From the NCBI GenBank assembly GCA_965213925.1, contig OZ243927.1:3296001-3360000 (forward strand): 64,000 nucleotides of DNA. The letters run 5' to 3'. A program made the position numbers and the translations under genes. Numbering within the stretch: the stretch's first letter is position 1; every line of letters begins with the position of its first letter. This DNA is from Trueperaceae bacterium. Lineage in GTDB: Bacteria; Deinococcota; Deinococci; Deinococcales; Trueperaceae. Below are positions 30,940-42,061 of this stretch, in pieces. Under the pieces are notes generated by a model. The model made no database searches. It was given only the letters and a program-made list of their open reading frames with translations, and was not told the origin of the DNA.

Positions 30940-32298
30940 ATGACTTTAGAAGACTACTTGAGCGAGCACCAAGCTCGCTTTACCGAAGAACTCACCGACT
31001 TCTTGCGCATCCCCTCGGTCAGCACGGACTCGGACCACAAGGAGGATGTGCGCCGCGCTGCGTCCTTTGTCGCTGAGAAGTTGCGCTCAGCGGGGCTAGA
31101 AACGCGCCTCATCGAGACGCCGCGCCACCCCGTTGTTTACGGCTCCTATCACGTGTCTGACGACGCGCCTACGGTGCTCATTTACGGGCACTACGACGTG
31201 CAACCGCCCGAACCCCTCGAGCTGTGGACCTCTCCCCCCTTCGAGCCCAAGATAGAGGACGGCGTCATCTACGCGAGGGGCGCAACCGACGACAAAGGGC
31301 AGGTATACGCACATATTAAAGGGGTAGAGGCGCTGCTCGAGACTGAGGGCGCTCTAAATGTCAACGTGAAGTTTTTAGTCGAGGGCGAGGAGGAGATCGG
31401 CAGCCCGAGCCTTAACGACGTTCTCGAAAACCATCAAGACCTCTTCGCGGCGAATGTAGTCGTTATCTCAGACGGGTCAATGATTGCACCCGGCACACCT
31501 ACCATCACTTACGGTCTCAAAGGGCTCGCCTACGTCGAAGTCAACGTGCGCGGCGCAGCGCTGGACCTGCATTCGGGCGCGTTCGGCGGCGGCGTACCCA
31601 ACCCGATCAACGGGCTCGCCAAGATCATCGCGCAGCTTCACAACGAGTCGGGGCGCGTGGCGGTGCCAAGGTTTTACGACGACGTTTTAGCTATCACAGA
31701 CGAAGAGCGCGAGGCGTTTGCAAAAGTTCCTTTTGACGAACAGACGTTCGCGGAGGAGATCGGCGTGAGCGCGACGCCGGGGGAAGAAGGCTACAGCCTC
31801 TTAGAACGGCTCTGGGCTCGTCCAACTTTAGATGTCAACGGGATTGGCGGTGGCTTTCAGGGTGAGGGGGCAAAAACGGTCATTGCAGACACGGCAATGG
31901 CAAAGATTTCTTGTCGTTTGGTTCCTAACCAAGACCCCGCCGACATTACGAAGAAGCTGAGCGATTATCTTCAAGAGGTCGCGCCCGAAGGTTTAGAGGT
32001 CAGCGTGACGGACTTGCACGGCGGCTACCCAGCGCTCACCCCTCTGGACTCTCCCGCGCTTCAAGCGGCGAGTCGAGCGCTCAAAGAGGTCTACGACAAG
32101 GACCCCATCTACGCCCGCACGGGCGGCACAATTCCGGTAGTCAGCACCTTTCAGCAGCTTCTAGGCGCGGAGGTCGTGTTGGTCGGCTTCGGCTTAGAGA
32201 ATGACCGGATGCATTCGCCCAACGAGAAGTTCGACCTGGTCAATTACTACAGAGGTATCGAGACGAGCGCGGCGCTCCTCAAAGCGTTTGCTGATTAG
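30940..32298 (+). CDS. M20 dipeptidase
   Basis: YGHYDVQP, ARGATDDKG, EGEEEIGS, DLHSG, HSPNEKF; ATG 7 nt after TATACT. Confidence 0.92.
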   Translation: MTLEDYLSEHQARFTEELTDFLRIPSVSTDSDHKEDVRRAASFVAEKLRSAGLETRLIETPRHPVVYGSYHVSDDAPTVLIYGHYDVQPPEPLELWTSPPFEPKIEDGVIYARGATDDKGQVYAHIKGVEALLETEGALNVNVKFLVEGEEEIGSPSLNDVLENHQDLFAANVVVISDGSMIAPGTPTITYGLKGLAYVEVNVRGAALDLHSGAFGGGVPNPINGLAKIIAQLHNESGRVAVPRFYDDVLAITDEEREAFAKVPFDEQTFAEEIGVSATPGEEGYSLLERLWARPTLDVNGIGGGFQGEGAKTVIADTAMAKISCRLVPNQDPADITKKLSDYLQEVAPEGLEVSVTDLHGGYPALTPLDSPALQAASRALKEVYDKDPIYARTGGTIPVVSTFQQLLGAEVVLVGFGLENDRMHSPNEKFDLVNYYRGIETSAALLKAFAD

Positions 32299-32313
32299 CG
32301 CGTGTATAACGCA

Positions 32314-32342
32314 GTAGAGACGGGTTTGAAACCCGCCTCTAC
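32314..32342. repeat. GTAG-type REP hairpin between convergent genes
   Basis: GTAGAGACGGGTTTGAAACCCGCCTCTAC. Confidence 0.7.
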
Positions 32343-32369
32343 GCAATTTTTCTGTGGACAGGTTGACAA

Positions 32370-33182
32370 CTAGTTGAACGCTACGGCGTCTTCGTCGTAC
32401 TCCTCGAGTTCTTCTTCGTACTCATATTCTAAGTCGAGGGTTTGCTCGCGCGCGACCGAATAGACGAGGAAGCTAAAGCCTGCTTTGGCGAGCCAGTCCG
32501 CGACCATGTAACCGAGCTGCACGCCGACCTCCGTGGAGGAGCCTCCGAGCCCTAAAAAGGGCACCATGTAGATGACCGGGAAAAAGCCCCACGACCCCAA
32601 GAGCAAGAGCACCGAGTTGGTGACGAGGCGGCTAGCGTCTTCGTTAAGCTCCGCGAGCGCGTCGTTGAGCATCCCGTAGAGCACCCAGAGGATGTAGAGG
32701 AAAGGCAGCGTGCTGATGGTACCCCAAATCACGCGCGTCTGCGTATCAACGGAAATTTCGCCGGGATAACCGAGCGCGATCATGGCGACTGTCGCAACCG
32801 TCAAGCGGACGCCGAGCGAGCGCGCTTTCTGCCGAGAGAAGTCGAGCACGTTGACGAGCGAGAGGAGGAGGAGCGGCACGGTGGGGAGCCAGTAGACGTA
32901 GCGGTAGAGCGCAAACGGCAAAGCGCCCTCGGTCGGCACGTAGAGCCCCTCTTGGAGCGCGTAGACGCCGCGCCACTGGGTGAAGAGGAAGAGGTAGTGC
33001 AAGGCGGACAACCCGACGATGGTCGCGACCATCCAGAGCGCGGGGCGGTAGGACTCGTCGAGCTTGCGCCGCGACATGACGAAAAAGGCGGCGAGCGAGA
33101 TCATCAGCAGCGCCGTCGCGACGAACGCGACCAGAACGGCCGTGTACTGCGCCGGTGAAAGCGCACTTAAAAAGTTGAGCAT
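32370..33182 (-). CDS. Microbial rhodopsin, xanthorhodopsin/Gloeobacter-rhodopsin-like, atypical YTS motif
   Basis: Seven hydrophobic helices; YRYVYWLPTVPLLL, GYPGEI, WGTISTLPF, SWGFFP, ADWLAK; ATG 33182 after AAGGAG. Confidence 0.92.
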   Translation of the reverse strand: MLNFLSALSPAQYTAVLVAFVATALLMISLAAFFVMSRRKLDESYRPALWMVATIVGLSALHYLFLFTQWRGVYALQEGLYVPTEGALPFALYRYVYWLPTVPLLLLSLVNVLDFSRQKARSLGVRLTVATVAMIALGYPGEISVDTQTRVIWGTISTLPFLYILWVLYGMLNDALAELNEDASRLVTNSVLLLLGSWGFFPVIYMVPFLGLGGSSTEVGVQLGYMVADWLAKAGFSFLVYSVAREQTLDLEYEYEEELEEYDEDAVAFN

Positions 33183-33662
33183 AGTTCTCCTTTGCGGTGA
33201 GACGACGAAACATAACGTCAAAATTTTTTCTGACCGCACTAGAGCCGACGCTCTAAGAACTGTCAGTGACTTGTGTATCGTATGGGAGAGATCACGCCGA
33301 AAGGGTCAGATTTTTCATCTTTTTCAGAATGTGAATACTGGCAGATGTGGCACTCGAGTACCCATCAATTTCCTCGAAAAAAGCGTAAGAAGAGCGTGCC
33401 AGAAAGCATAAATACTTCTTAGCTCACCTTAACAAAAGTACTAGATTTTCGTGACTCCTCGAGTAAAAGAGGGAAAAGTCACATACTTGCAAGTCAGCGT
33501 TAAGCACTTAGGGTTTGGGTCTCGGGGCTCGAGCCTAAAGCCTAACTTCATCGTTCTTTCAGCCATATTCATAAACAGGGGCTTAGGGAAAACGAGGTGG
33601 TATACTTTCTTACAGGTAGTCAATACCTTACATAGCGAAGCGACATCACCTCAGGAGGAACC

Positions 33663-34772
33663 ATGCGCACATTCATCTTAGCTTCTCTTCTTTTAGCCTT
33701 GCCCTTAGCGGCTGCACAAGATTACGTCTTCGGCATCACCTACGACGCGGGCGGCAAGTTCGACGGCTCGTTCAACGAGGGCACGTGGAACGGTCTGCGC
33801 GACGCCGTGACCGACCTGGAGGACGAGGGTCTCCTCATCGACATCTTGGAGTTCGAAGGCACCCCCGACACCGCCGCGCAAGGTCAGCGCCAAATCGCCA
33901 GTCAGGGCGCAGAACTCATCCTCGCGCCGGGCTTTTTGCAAGCGGACGCGGTCGCGGCTGCCTCGCAGGAATTCCCCGAGACGAGCTTTGTCTTAATCGA
34001 CGCCGTCGCGGAGAACCCTAACGTTCGCAGCGTGCTCTTCAAAGAACACGAAGGCAGCTACTTGGTCGGCTACATCGCGGGCTCGCTCACCCAAACGGGT
34101 ACGGTCGGCTTCGTCGGCGGGATGGATATTCCGCTCATCCGCGCCTTCGACTTGGGCTATGAAGAGGGCGTCAAGGCGGCGTGCCCCGAGTGCGAGGTCA
34201 TCTCGAACTACGTCGGCGTGACCCCAGCCGCTTGGAACGACCCAGCGCGCGCCAAGGAACTCGCTACCACGCAGCAGGCGCAGGGCGCGGACATCATCTA
34301 CGCGGCGGCGGGCGCGTCGGGCAACGGCGTGATCGACTTCGTGAACCAGACCATGTGCTTTGAAGGCGGTGCAAACCGCGAGTCGCCGCTCGCGTCACAG
34401 ATAGAAAGCGTCGAAAAGAGCGACGCCTACGCCAGCAACTGCGAGGGTCAAAACCCCCTCTTCTTCATCGGCGTAGACTCGAACCAGAACCCACGCGGCG
34501 ACACCGACGGCAATCCCGAGACCTTGAACCACGGCTTGACGAGTATGCTCAAGCGTGTAGACACGGCTGCGTACAACGCCGCGATGGACGTCGCTAACGG
34601 CGAATTCGAGGGTGGCACGGAGAGCTTAGGTTTAGCCGAGGACGGCGTGGGCTACGCGGTGGACGAGTATAACGGCGCGCTCATCCCCGAGAGCTTAGTC
34701 ACCGAGTTGGAGTCCGTCCGGCAGCAGATTATCGACGGTGAAATTATGGTAACGGACTACCGCGAGCAGTAA
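33663..34772 (+). CDS. BMP-family ABC transporter substrate-binding protein
   Basis: GGKFDGSFN, FKEHEGSYLVG, GFVGGMD, GADIIYAAAG, IGVDSNQ, SMLKRVD. Confidence 0.92.
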   Translation: MRTFILASLLLALPLAAAQDYVFGITYDAGGKFDGSFNEGTWNGLRDAVTDLEDEGLLIDILEFEGTPDTAAQGQRQIASQGAELILAPGFLQADAVAAASQEFPETSFVLIDAVAENPNVRSVLFKEHEGSYLVGYIAGSLTQTGTVGFVGGMDIPLIRAFDLGYEEGVKAACPECEVISNYVGVTPAAWNDPARAKELATTQQAQGADIIYAAAGASGNGVIDFVNQTMCFEGGANRESPLASQIESVEKSDAYASNCEGQNPLFFIGVDSNQNPRGDTDGNPETLNHGLTSMLKRVDTAAYNAAMDVANGEFEGGTESLGLAEDGVGYAVDEYNGALIPESLVTELESVRQQIIDGEIMVTDYREQ

Positions 34773-34795
34773 GCCTCAGCACGAACCGTACAATG

Positions 34796-34823
34796 GGAGC
34801 CTCCGAACTGGGGGCTCCTTTTC
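34796..34823 (+). terminator. Intrinsic terminator
   Basis: GGAGCCTCC...GGGGGCTCC then TTTTC. Confidence 0.7.
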
Positions 34824-34907
34824 GTTGTATAAGTTTCGTGTATAGGTTCCGCCGTTGTCGACATCCATGCAGGACGCCGACACAGCTTCGCAGGCTATAA
34901 TTGGTGA

Positions 34908-36911
<2,004 letters not shown>

Positions 36912-36944
36912 ACGCACGCTCGGTTCTCTCAGTCTCTGGAGGTT

Positions 36945-37208
36945 ATGAAGATGGAACTACACGAAGACCTAACGCCTAAACGCTTCAATATCGGTCCGAG
37001 CAGCGCCGCGCCGCTCAGGGTCGCCGCGCTCGCGGTGGGTGCACAGGCGGTGGGCGCGTTCGCCATCAGTCGGCTCGCGGTGCGCCGCCTTAACATGAAA
37101 GAGGCTCGCATTGAAACGCTCGAGCTAGGCGAACTCCGGGTGAGAACGCTTAAAGTAGCGCGCCTCGAAGTGACCGACGACCTCGCCTTGCCGAACGAAG
37201 AGGGCTGA
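36945..37208 (+). CDS. Hypothetical protein
   Basis: GGAGG RBS; ALAVGAQAVGAFAI..LAVRRL pattern. Confidence 0.55.
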   Translation: MKMELHEDLTPKRFNIGPSSAAPLRVAALAVGAQAVGAFAISRLAVRRLNMKEARIETLELGELRVRTLKVARLEVTDDLALPNEEG

Positions 37209-37212
37209 GCCG

Positions 37213-38472
37213 GTGCGCCCCCTCGAGCTGTTACGCACCGCCTTCGATAAGGCGGTAGACGCCGCGCACCCGGCGACCAACCTCGCGCGACACCTCCCCG
37301 AGTTGCCGAGCGGCCGCCTCGTCGTGGTCGGCGCGGGCAAGGCGGCGTCGGCGATGGCGCAGGCGGTCGAAGCGCACTATCCGCTGGACAGATTGGAGGG
37401 CTTCGTCATCACGCGCTATGGTCACAAGTTGCCCACCGAGCGCATCGAGGTGGTCGAAGCCTCCCACCCCGTGCCCGACGAAGCGGGCTACGAGGCGACG
37501 CAGCGGACCTTGGACCTGCTCGAGACGCTAACCGAAGAGGACCTCGTCATCTGCCTCCTCTCGGGCGGCGGCTCGGCGCTGCTCACCGCGCCCGAGGGCA
37601 TGACTCTGGAGCAAAAAGCCGCGCTGACCCAAGCGCTGCTCCGCTCCGGCGCGACTATCCAAGAGATAAACGCGGTCCGCAAGCACCTCTCGTCGGTCAA
37701 AGGCGGCGGGCTCGCCCGCGCCGCCGCGCCCGCCCGCGTCCACAGCTTCATCCTCTCGGACGTGGTGGGGGACGACCTCTCGAGCATCGCCTCCGGTCCG
37801 ACCAGCCCCGACTGGACGACGTTCGAGGACGCGCTCAAGGTATTGGAGCGTTACGACATCGAAGCGCCCGAAGCGCGGCAACATTTCGAACGAGGGCTCC
37901 GGGGAGAGGCAGAAGAGACGCCAGAACCCGGCTCGGATACGTTCGCGAAGGTGAACAACACCATCATTGCCAGCAATCAGAAGAGCTTGGAGGCGGTCGC
38001 GGACTTCTTCCGGGACGAAGGTGTAGCCGCGCACATCTTGAGCAGCACGGTAGAGGGCGAGGCGCAAGAGGTCGCCAAGATGCACGCGGCGATGGCCCAG
38101 CAAGTCGCCGCTCACGCTCAGCCGTTCGAACGACCCTGCGCGCTCATCAGCGGCGGCGAAACGACGGTGAGCGTCCAGGGAGACGCGGGCAAGGGCGGAC
38201 GCAACAGCGAGTTCGCGCTCTCGCTGGCGCTAGCGCTCAGCGGTTTAGAAAACGTCTACGCGCTCGCCGCGGACACCGACGGCATCGACGGCAGCGAGGA
38301 CAACGCGGGGGTCTTCGTGACGCCGGACCTTCTTAACGGCGCGGAACGAGACGCCAGAGCGTATCTGACCGCCCACGACAGCTATAGCTTTTTCGAAGCG
38401 CAAGAGATGCTCTTGGTGACAGGCGCGACGAATACGAACGTCAACGACTTACGAATTGTGCTTGTGCTTTAA
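37213..38472 (+). CDS. Glycerate 2-kinase (MOFRL/TtuD family)
   Basis: GAGKAA, LSGGGSAL, SDVVGDD, SGGETTV, GGRNSE, DTDGIDG, TNTNVND. Confidence 0.93.
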   Translation: MRPLELLRTAFDKAVDAAHPATNLARHLPELPSGRLVVVGAGKAASAMAQAVEAHYPLDRLEGFVITRYGHKLPTERIEVVEASHPVPDEAGYEATQRTLDLLETLTEEDLVICLLSGGGSALLTAPEGMTLEQKAALTQALLRSGATIQEINAVRKHLSSVKGGGLARAAAPARVHSFILSDVVGDDLSSIASGPTSPDWTTFEDALKVLERYDIEAPEARQHFERGLRGEAEETPEPGSDTFAKVNNTIIASNQKSLEAVADFFRDEGVAAHILSSTVEGEAQEVAKMHAAMAQQVAAHAQPFERPCALISGGETTVSVQGDAGKGGRNSEFALSLALALSGLENVYALAADTDGIDGSEDNAGVFVTPDLLNGAERDARAYLTAHDSYSFFEAQEMLLVTGATNTNVNDLRIVLVL

Positions 38473-38623
38473 TCGTGAAATGCCGCGTAACGGTTACGAT
38501 GTCCGCCTATTTAGACCGGACCCGAGGGTGAATTTACAAGGGTTGTATCAAAAGAAAGGGAGCAGAAGATTTTGCGGAAGTAGCATAAAAGACAGCAATG
38601 AGTACCGAGCAATGAGCAATGAG

Positions 38624-38805
38624 TACACCGTCAACTAAGTTTTGCTACTTATTAGTATGTCACCCTGAGCCGAAGGCGTAAGGGTCTCGTCTCATAATCT
38701 CTGTTAGAGGAGTCAGCAAGGTCAGAGATTCTTACGCTCCACGGAGCCTGCCCTGGTGAGGGTTCCGCTCAGAATGACATGTCTCATCTTTTAGTTGACA
38801 GTGTA
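38624..38805. mobile_element. MITE-like element (family B) with 15-bp terminal inverted repeats
   Basis: TACACCGTCAACTAA...TTAGTTGACAGTGTA (1 mismatch), TA at both ends, internal GTCACCCTGAG...CTCAGAATGAC REP-like arms. Confidence 0.7.
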
Positions 38806-39280
38806 ATGAGTCTAAAGATTTTTACTCATTGCTCATTGCTTTCAACTCATTGCTCTTTACAGAAAATAGCGTGCAGTAACAGAACAAAGTGACTCCAAGT
38901 AGCACAAATAAGGAAACACCCTCTACCTTTTCTCGCTCTGTGGGTTCTTCCGCACCAAACTGAATAGTGGGACAGATACGCGCTCGAGCCTCTAGTGGTA
39001 AAGGGTGTCTCGCTGTGAGGATTGATCTTGATCCTTATCTATAAAAGGTCCTCCTTATCGCTAACTTGAGGCTAGTGTAACCCTTTAGGTACAACTAATG
39101 AAGGGTGACAAGTCCTAATTGGCAGGCGCGCGTCGTGCTATAGTTATAAGTTGGGGCTGAAAACTTATAATCTTATGGCAAGTTGCGACTTGCATATCAG
39201 GGTTTCAGATGGAGAACTCGAGCCTCGCATTCTAGGCAACTTCATAGTTTCGCGCCGCTCTCTAACCTTAGAGTAGCGGC

Positions 39281-39931
39281 ATGAACGTTTTTTTCAGGAT
39301 CAAGCCAGCAAGCCAACTAGCCACGCTTCTTACCATCCTTTTACTCTCCCTTGGGATACTCGCAAGTTGCGGACCCGTTAATCAAAATAACAGTGCGACA
39401 GACGGCGAGACGGCGACGGTAGATGGCGACGTCGAGGAGGGTGCAAGCGGCGAACCCGTTTTTGAGGCGAACGACAGCGACAACGACAGCATGATGAGAG
39501 ACGCCACCCAGAACGAGAACAGGGGCACCTCGGCGGAGAGCGATATCGCTTCGGGCGCGAACGCAGCGGACGTGAACGTCAGCATGACGGCGGACGGCAA
39601 CGAGGCGTGGGTCGTGACGAACGTCGAAAACGCGCCGAACCTCGCCGAAGAAGACACACCTAACCCGACGATGACCCTGACGACGGGGCAGCGCTACCGC
39701 TTCAACAACCCGCTCTACGACACGCACGTTCTACAGTTTCGCAACGGCTCGGGCGATGTTTTAGTCGGTCAGGGCTCTTCGGGCGGGTCCTTCGCGGACG
39801 ACGAAGAGGTCGATGCGGTGATTAGCGACAACGCCGTTACCTTTACCCTCACCGAAGCTTTAGCGCAAGAACTCGCGGACTACTACTGCGCGGCGCACCA
39901 GGGCATGACGGGCGCGGTGCAAATTCAGTGA
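39281..39931 (+). CDS. Lipoprotein with C-terminal cupredoxin-like (blue copper) domain
   Basis: LASC lipobox, acidic linker, DTHVL and YYCAAHQGMTG. Confidence 0.7.
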   Translation: MNVFFRIKPASQLATLLTILLLSLGILASCGPVNQNNSATDGETATVDGDVEEGASGEPVFEANDSDNDSMMRDATQNENRGTSAESDIASGANAADVNVSMTADGNEAWVVTNVENAPNLAEEDTPNPTMTLTTGQRYRFNNPLYDTHVLQFRNGSGDVLVGQGSSGGSFADDEEVDAVISDNAVTFTLTEALAQELADYYCAAHQGMTGAVQIQ

Positions 39932-40002
39932 CGGCGCGCGTCTGGAATACCTTAACATCAGGACAAAAAGCCCTTGCCGTCCGGTGTGCGTCCGCGCTTA
40001 TA

Positions 40003-40290
40003 ATGAGCCTTATGAAACTAACCGGACGTTTCCTCGGTCTCACGCTGCTTTTAAGCCTCGCCCTCGTTCTCAGCGGGTGCGGACCCGACACGCAGCAAGG
40101 ACCCACCACCGACTCGTCTCTCAACGTGGACTACGTCGGCGTCGGCAACATCGTGCCGCCCGAAGATTTGCGCAGCGACACGCCCGACGTGTTCGCCGCC
40201 AAAAACCGCGTGCCGCACCAATACAAAGACCTCAACCCGTACAATTTCTTCGCGGTCTTCAACAACCTCAATCCGGGACTGAACCGGTAG
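40003..40290 (+). CDS. Small lipoprotein, hypothetical
   Basis: LSGC lipobox, host-like codon usage; start may be ATG 40012. Confidence 0.65.
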   Translation: MSLMKLTGRFLGLTLLLSLALVLSGCGPDTQQGPTTDSSLNVDYVGVGNIVPPEDLRSDTPDVFAAKNRVPHQYKDLNPYNFFAVFNNLNPGLNR

Positions 40291-40306
40291 TAGACCTGAT
40301 TTTTTG

Positions 40307-40337
40307 GAAGAGGCTCGAGTTTGACTCGAGCCTCTTC
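40307..40337. terminator. Hairpin built from two CTCGAG
   Basis: GAAGAGGCTCGAGT-TTG-ACTCGAGCCTCTTC, 14-bp perfect stem. Confidence 0.65.
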
Positions 40338-40481
40338 TTATTAGTCGAACCTCCAAGCTCTACTTTCCAGATTTTAGCAAGTCCCTGTTACAGCAACTTT
40401 CGGACCTGCAAATAGTGCTCAACCTCTTTGAACGCACAACTATCTTTCTCGGCAAGAGAGTGTGTGACATAGACGAAATGG

Positions 40482-40509
40482 GTGGGGCAGGTTTGAAACC
40501 TGCCCCTAC
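40482..40509. repeat. GTAG-type REP hairpin
   Basis: GTGGGGCAGGTTTGAAACCTGCCCCTAC; same GTTTGAAAC core as 32314. Confidence 0.65.
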
Positions 40510-40651
40510 ACCATTTGCCTCTTTCTATGACGTTTCCAGCGTGGTCTACCAACAGCTACAAAGGTGACGTAAGGCTCCTTGCTATACTCAGCCTTATGAC
40601 ATACCTCTTGAGTCACATCGGGATAGGGCGGGGTCGGGGCTCTTCCCTATC

Positions 40652-42061
40652 ATGAACCTCTTTATCATCTTCGCCGTTATCGTGCTGCTGCTCGCCGCCA
40701 ACGCGCTCTACGTCGCGGCGGAGTTCGCGGCGGTCAGCGCGCGGCGCACGCGGATTCAAGAGCGCGCCGCTGAAGGCAGCCGCGTCGCAAAGTCGCTCTT
40801 AGGCGTCCTGGAAAATAGGGAGGAACTCGACCGCTACATCGCGGCGTGTCAGATAGGGATCACCTTGTCGAGCCTCGTCATCGGCTTTTATGGTCAGGCG
40901 CAGTTAGGACCCTATCTGAGCCCGCTCTTCGTGAACTTCGGCGGCTTGCAAGAGGCGGCGGCGTATTCGGTTTCAGCCATCGTCGTGCTGCTCCTCCTCA
41001 CGACCTTTCAGGTGATCTTAGGCGAACTCATGCCCAAATCCGTCGCGGTGCGCTATCCCGAACGTTTGGCGCTCATCACCACGCCGCCTATGCGCGTGTC
41101 GCTCTGGATTTTGCGCCCCTTTATCTGGCTCCTAAACGGCTCGGCGCTGGCGCTCCTCAAGTCGTTTGGCGCTGAGACGTCGCTCGAGGAGGGGCACGTC
41201 CACTCGCCCGAGGAGTTGGAACGGCTCGTCAAGGAGAGCGCGCAAGGCGGGCTCATCGACGCAGGCGAAAGGGAGATGTTAGAGAACGTCCTGCGCATCG
41301 AAACCCTCGTGGCGCGGCAGATCATGATTCCGCGCACGCGCATGGTGGTGGCGTCCGTAGAGGATGCGCCGTCAGACCTCTTGGTAAAGCTCGTGGACTC
41401 CCCGCACATGCGCTTTCCGGCGGTCGAGGACAACGTGGACAAGGTCGTCGGCATGATCCACCTGCGCGACCTCTTCGCGTTTTCGCAAGATAACCCGAGG
41501 GGCGACCTTAAAGAGATCGTCCGCGAGTTGCCGCTCTTCCCCGAATCCATCACCGTGAGCGACCTCTGGGACGCGCTCCGACTTGAGGGGCGTTACATGG
41601 CGGTCCTGTTCGACGAGCACGGCGGTACGGCGGGGCTCGTGACCTTGGAGGACATCATCGAAGAGGTCGTGGGCGAGCTGCAAGACGAGTTCGACCAGGA
41701 GACCGAAGCGGTGCGCTACGCGGACGACGGGCGCGTCTATCTGCGCGGCGACTTGCTCGTCGGGGCGGTGAACGACAGGCTGCTCTTAAATTTACCGACC
41801 AGTGAAGCGGATACGATAGGCGGACTCGTTGTAGAGCGGCTCGAGCACGTCCCCCGACAGGGCGAAGAGGTGCGCGTGGGCGGCGTCTCCCTCCGCGCCG
41901 AAAAGGTGGAAGAACGCGCCGTAACCGAGGTGAGTTTGGCGACGCCGACGGAGACGGACCCACTAAGTAAACAGGATGGGCAAACTGACGTCAAGGTGGT
42001 TGACGGCACATCTCCTGAGCCAGCAGCGGACGAGACAACCGAGCAGAAGGTACAGACATGA
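40652..42061 (+). CDS. Hemolysin-family CNNM/CBS/CorC protein, paralog 1
   Basis: YVAAEFA, QIGITL, GELMPK, CBS pair, DEHGGTAGLVTLEDIIEEVVGE. Confidence 0.92.
   Translation: MNLFIIFAVIVLLLAANALYVAAEFAAVSARRTRIQERAAEGSRVAKSLLGVLENREELDRYIAACQIGITLSSLVIGFYGQAQLGPYLSPLFVNFGGLQEAAAYSVSAIVVLLLLTTFQVILGELMPKSVAVRYPERLALITTPPMRVSLWILRPFIWLLNGSALALLKSFGAETSLEEGHVHSPEELERLVKESAQGGLIDAGEREMLENVLRIETLVARQIMIPRTRMVVASVEDAPSDLLVKLVDSPHMRFPAVEDNVDKVVGMIHLRDLFAFSQDNPRGDLKEIVRELPLFPESITVSDLWDALRLEGRYMAVLFDEHGGTAGLVTLEDIIEEVVGELQDEFDQETEAVRYADDGRVYLRGDLLVGAVNDRLLLNLPTSEADTIGGLVVERLEHVPRQGEEVRVGGVSLRAEKVEERAVTEVSLATPTETDPLSKQDGQTDVKVVDGTSPEPAADETTEQKVQT

Noticed and set aside
33183..33662. Possible purine riboswitch before the BMP gene, or regulator site before the rhodopsin
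   Set aside because: No match to the purine riboswitch core and no convincing CRP/LdrP palindrome by eye; needs an Rfam scan
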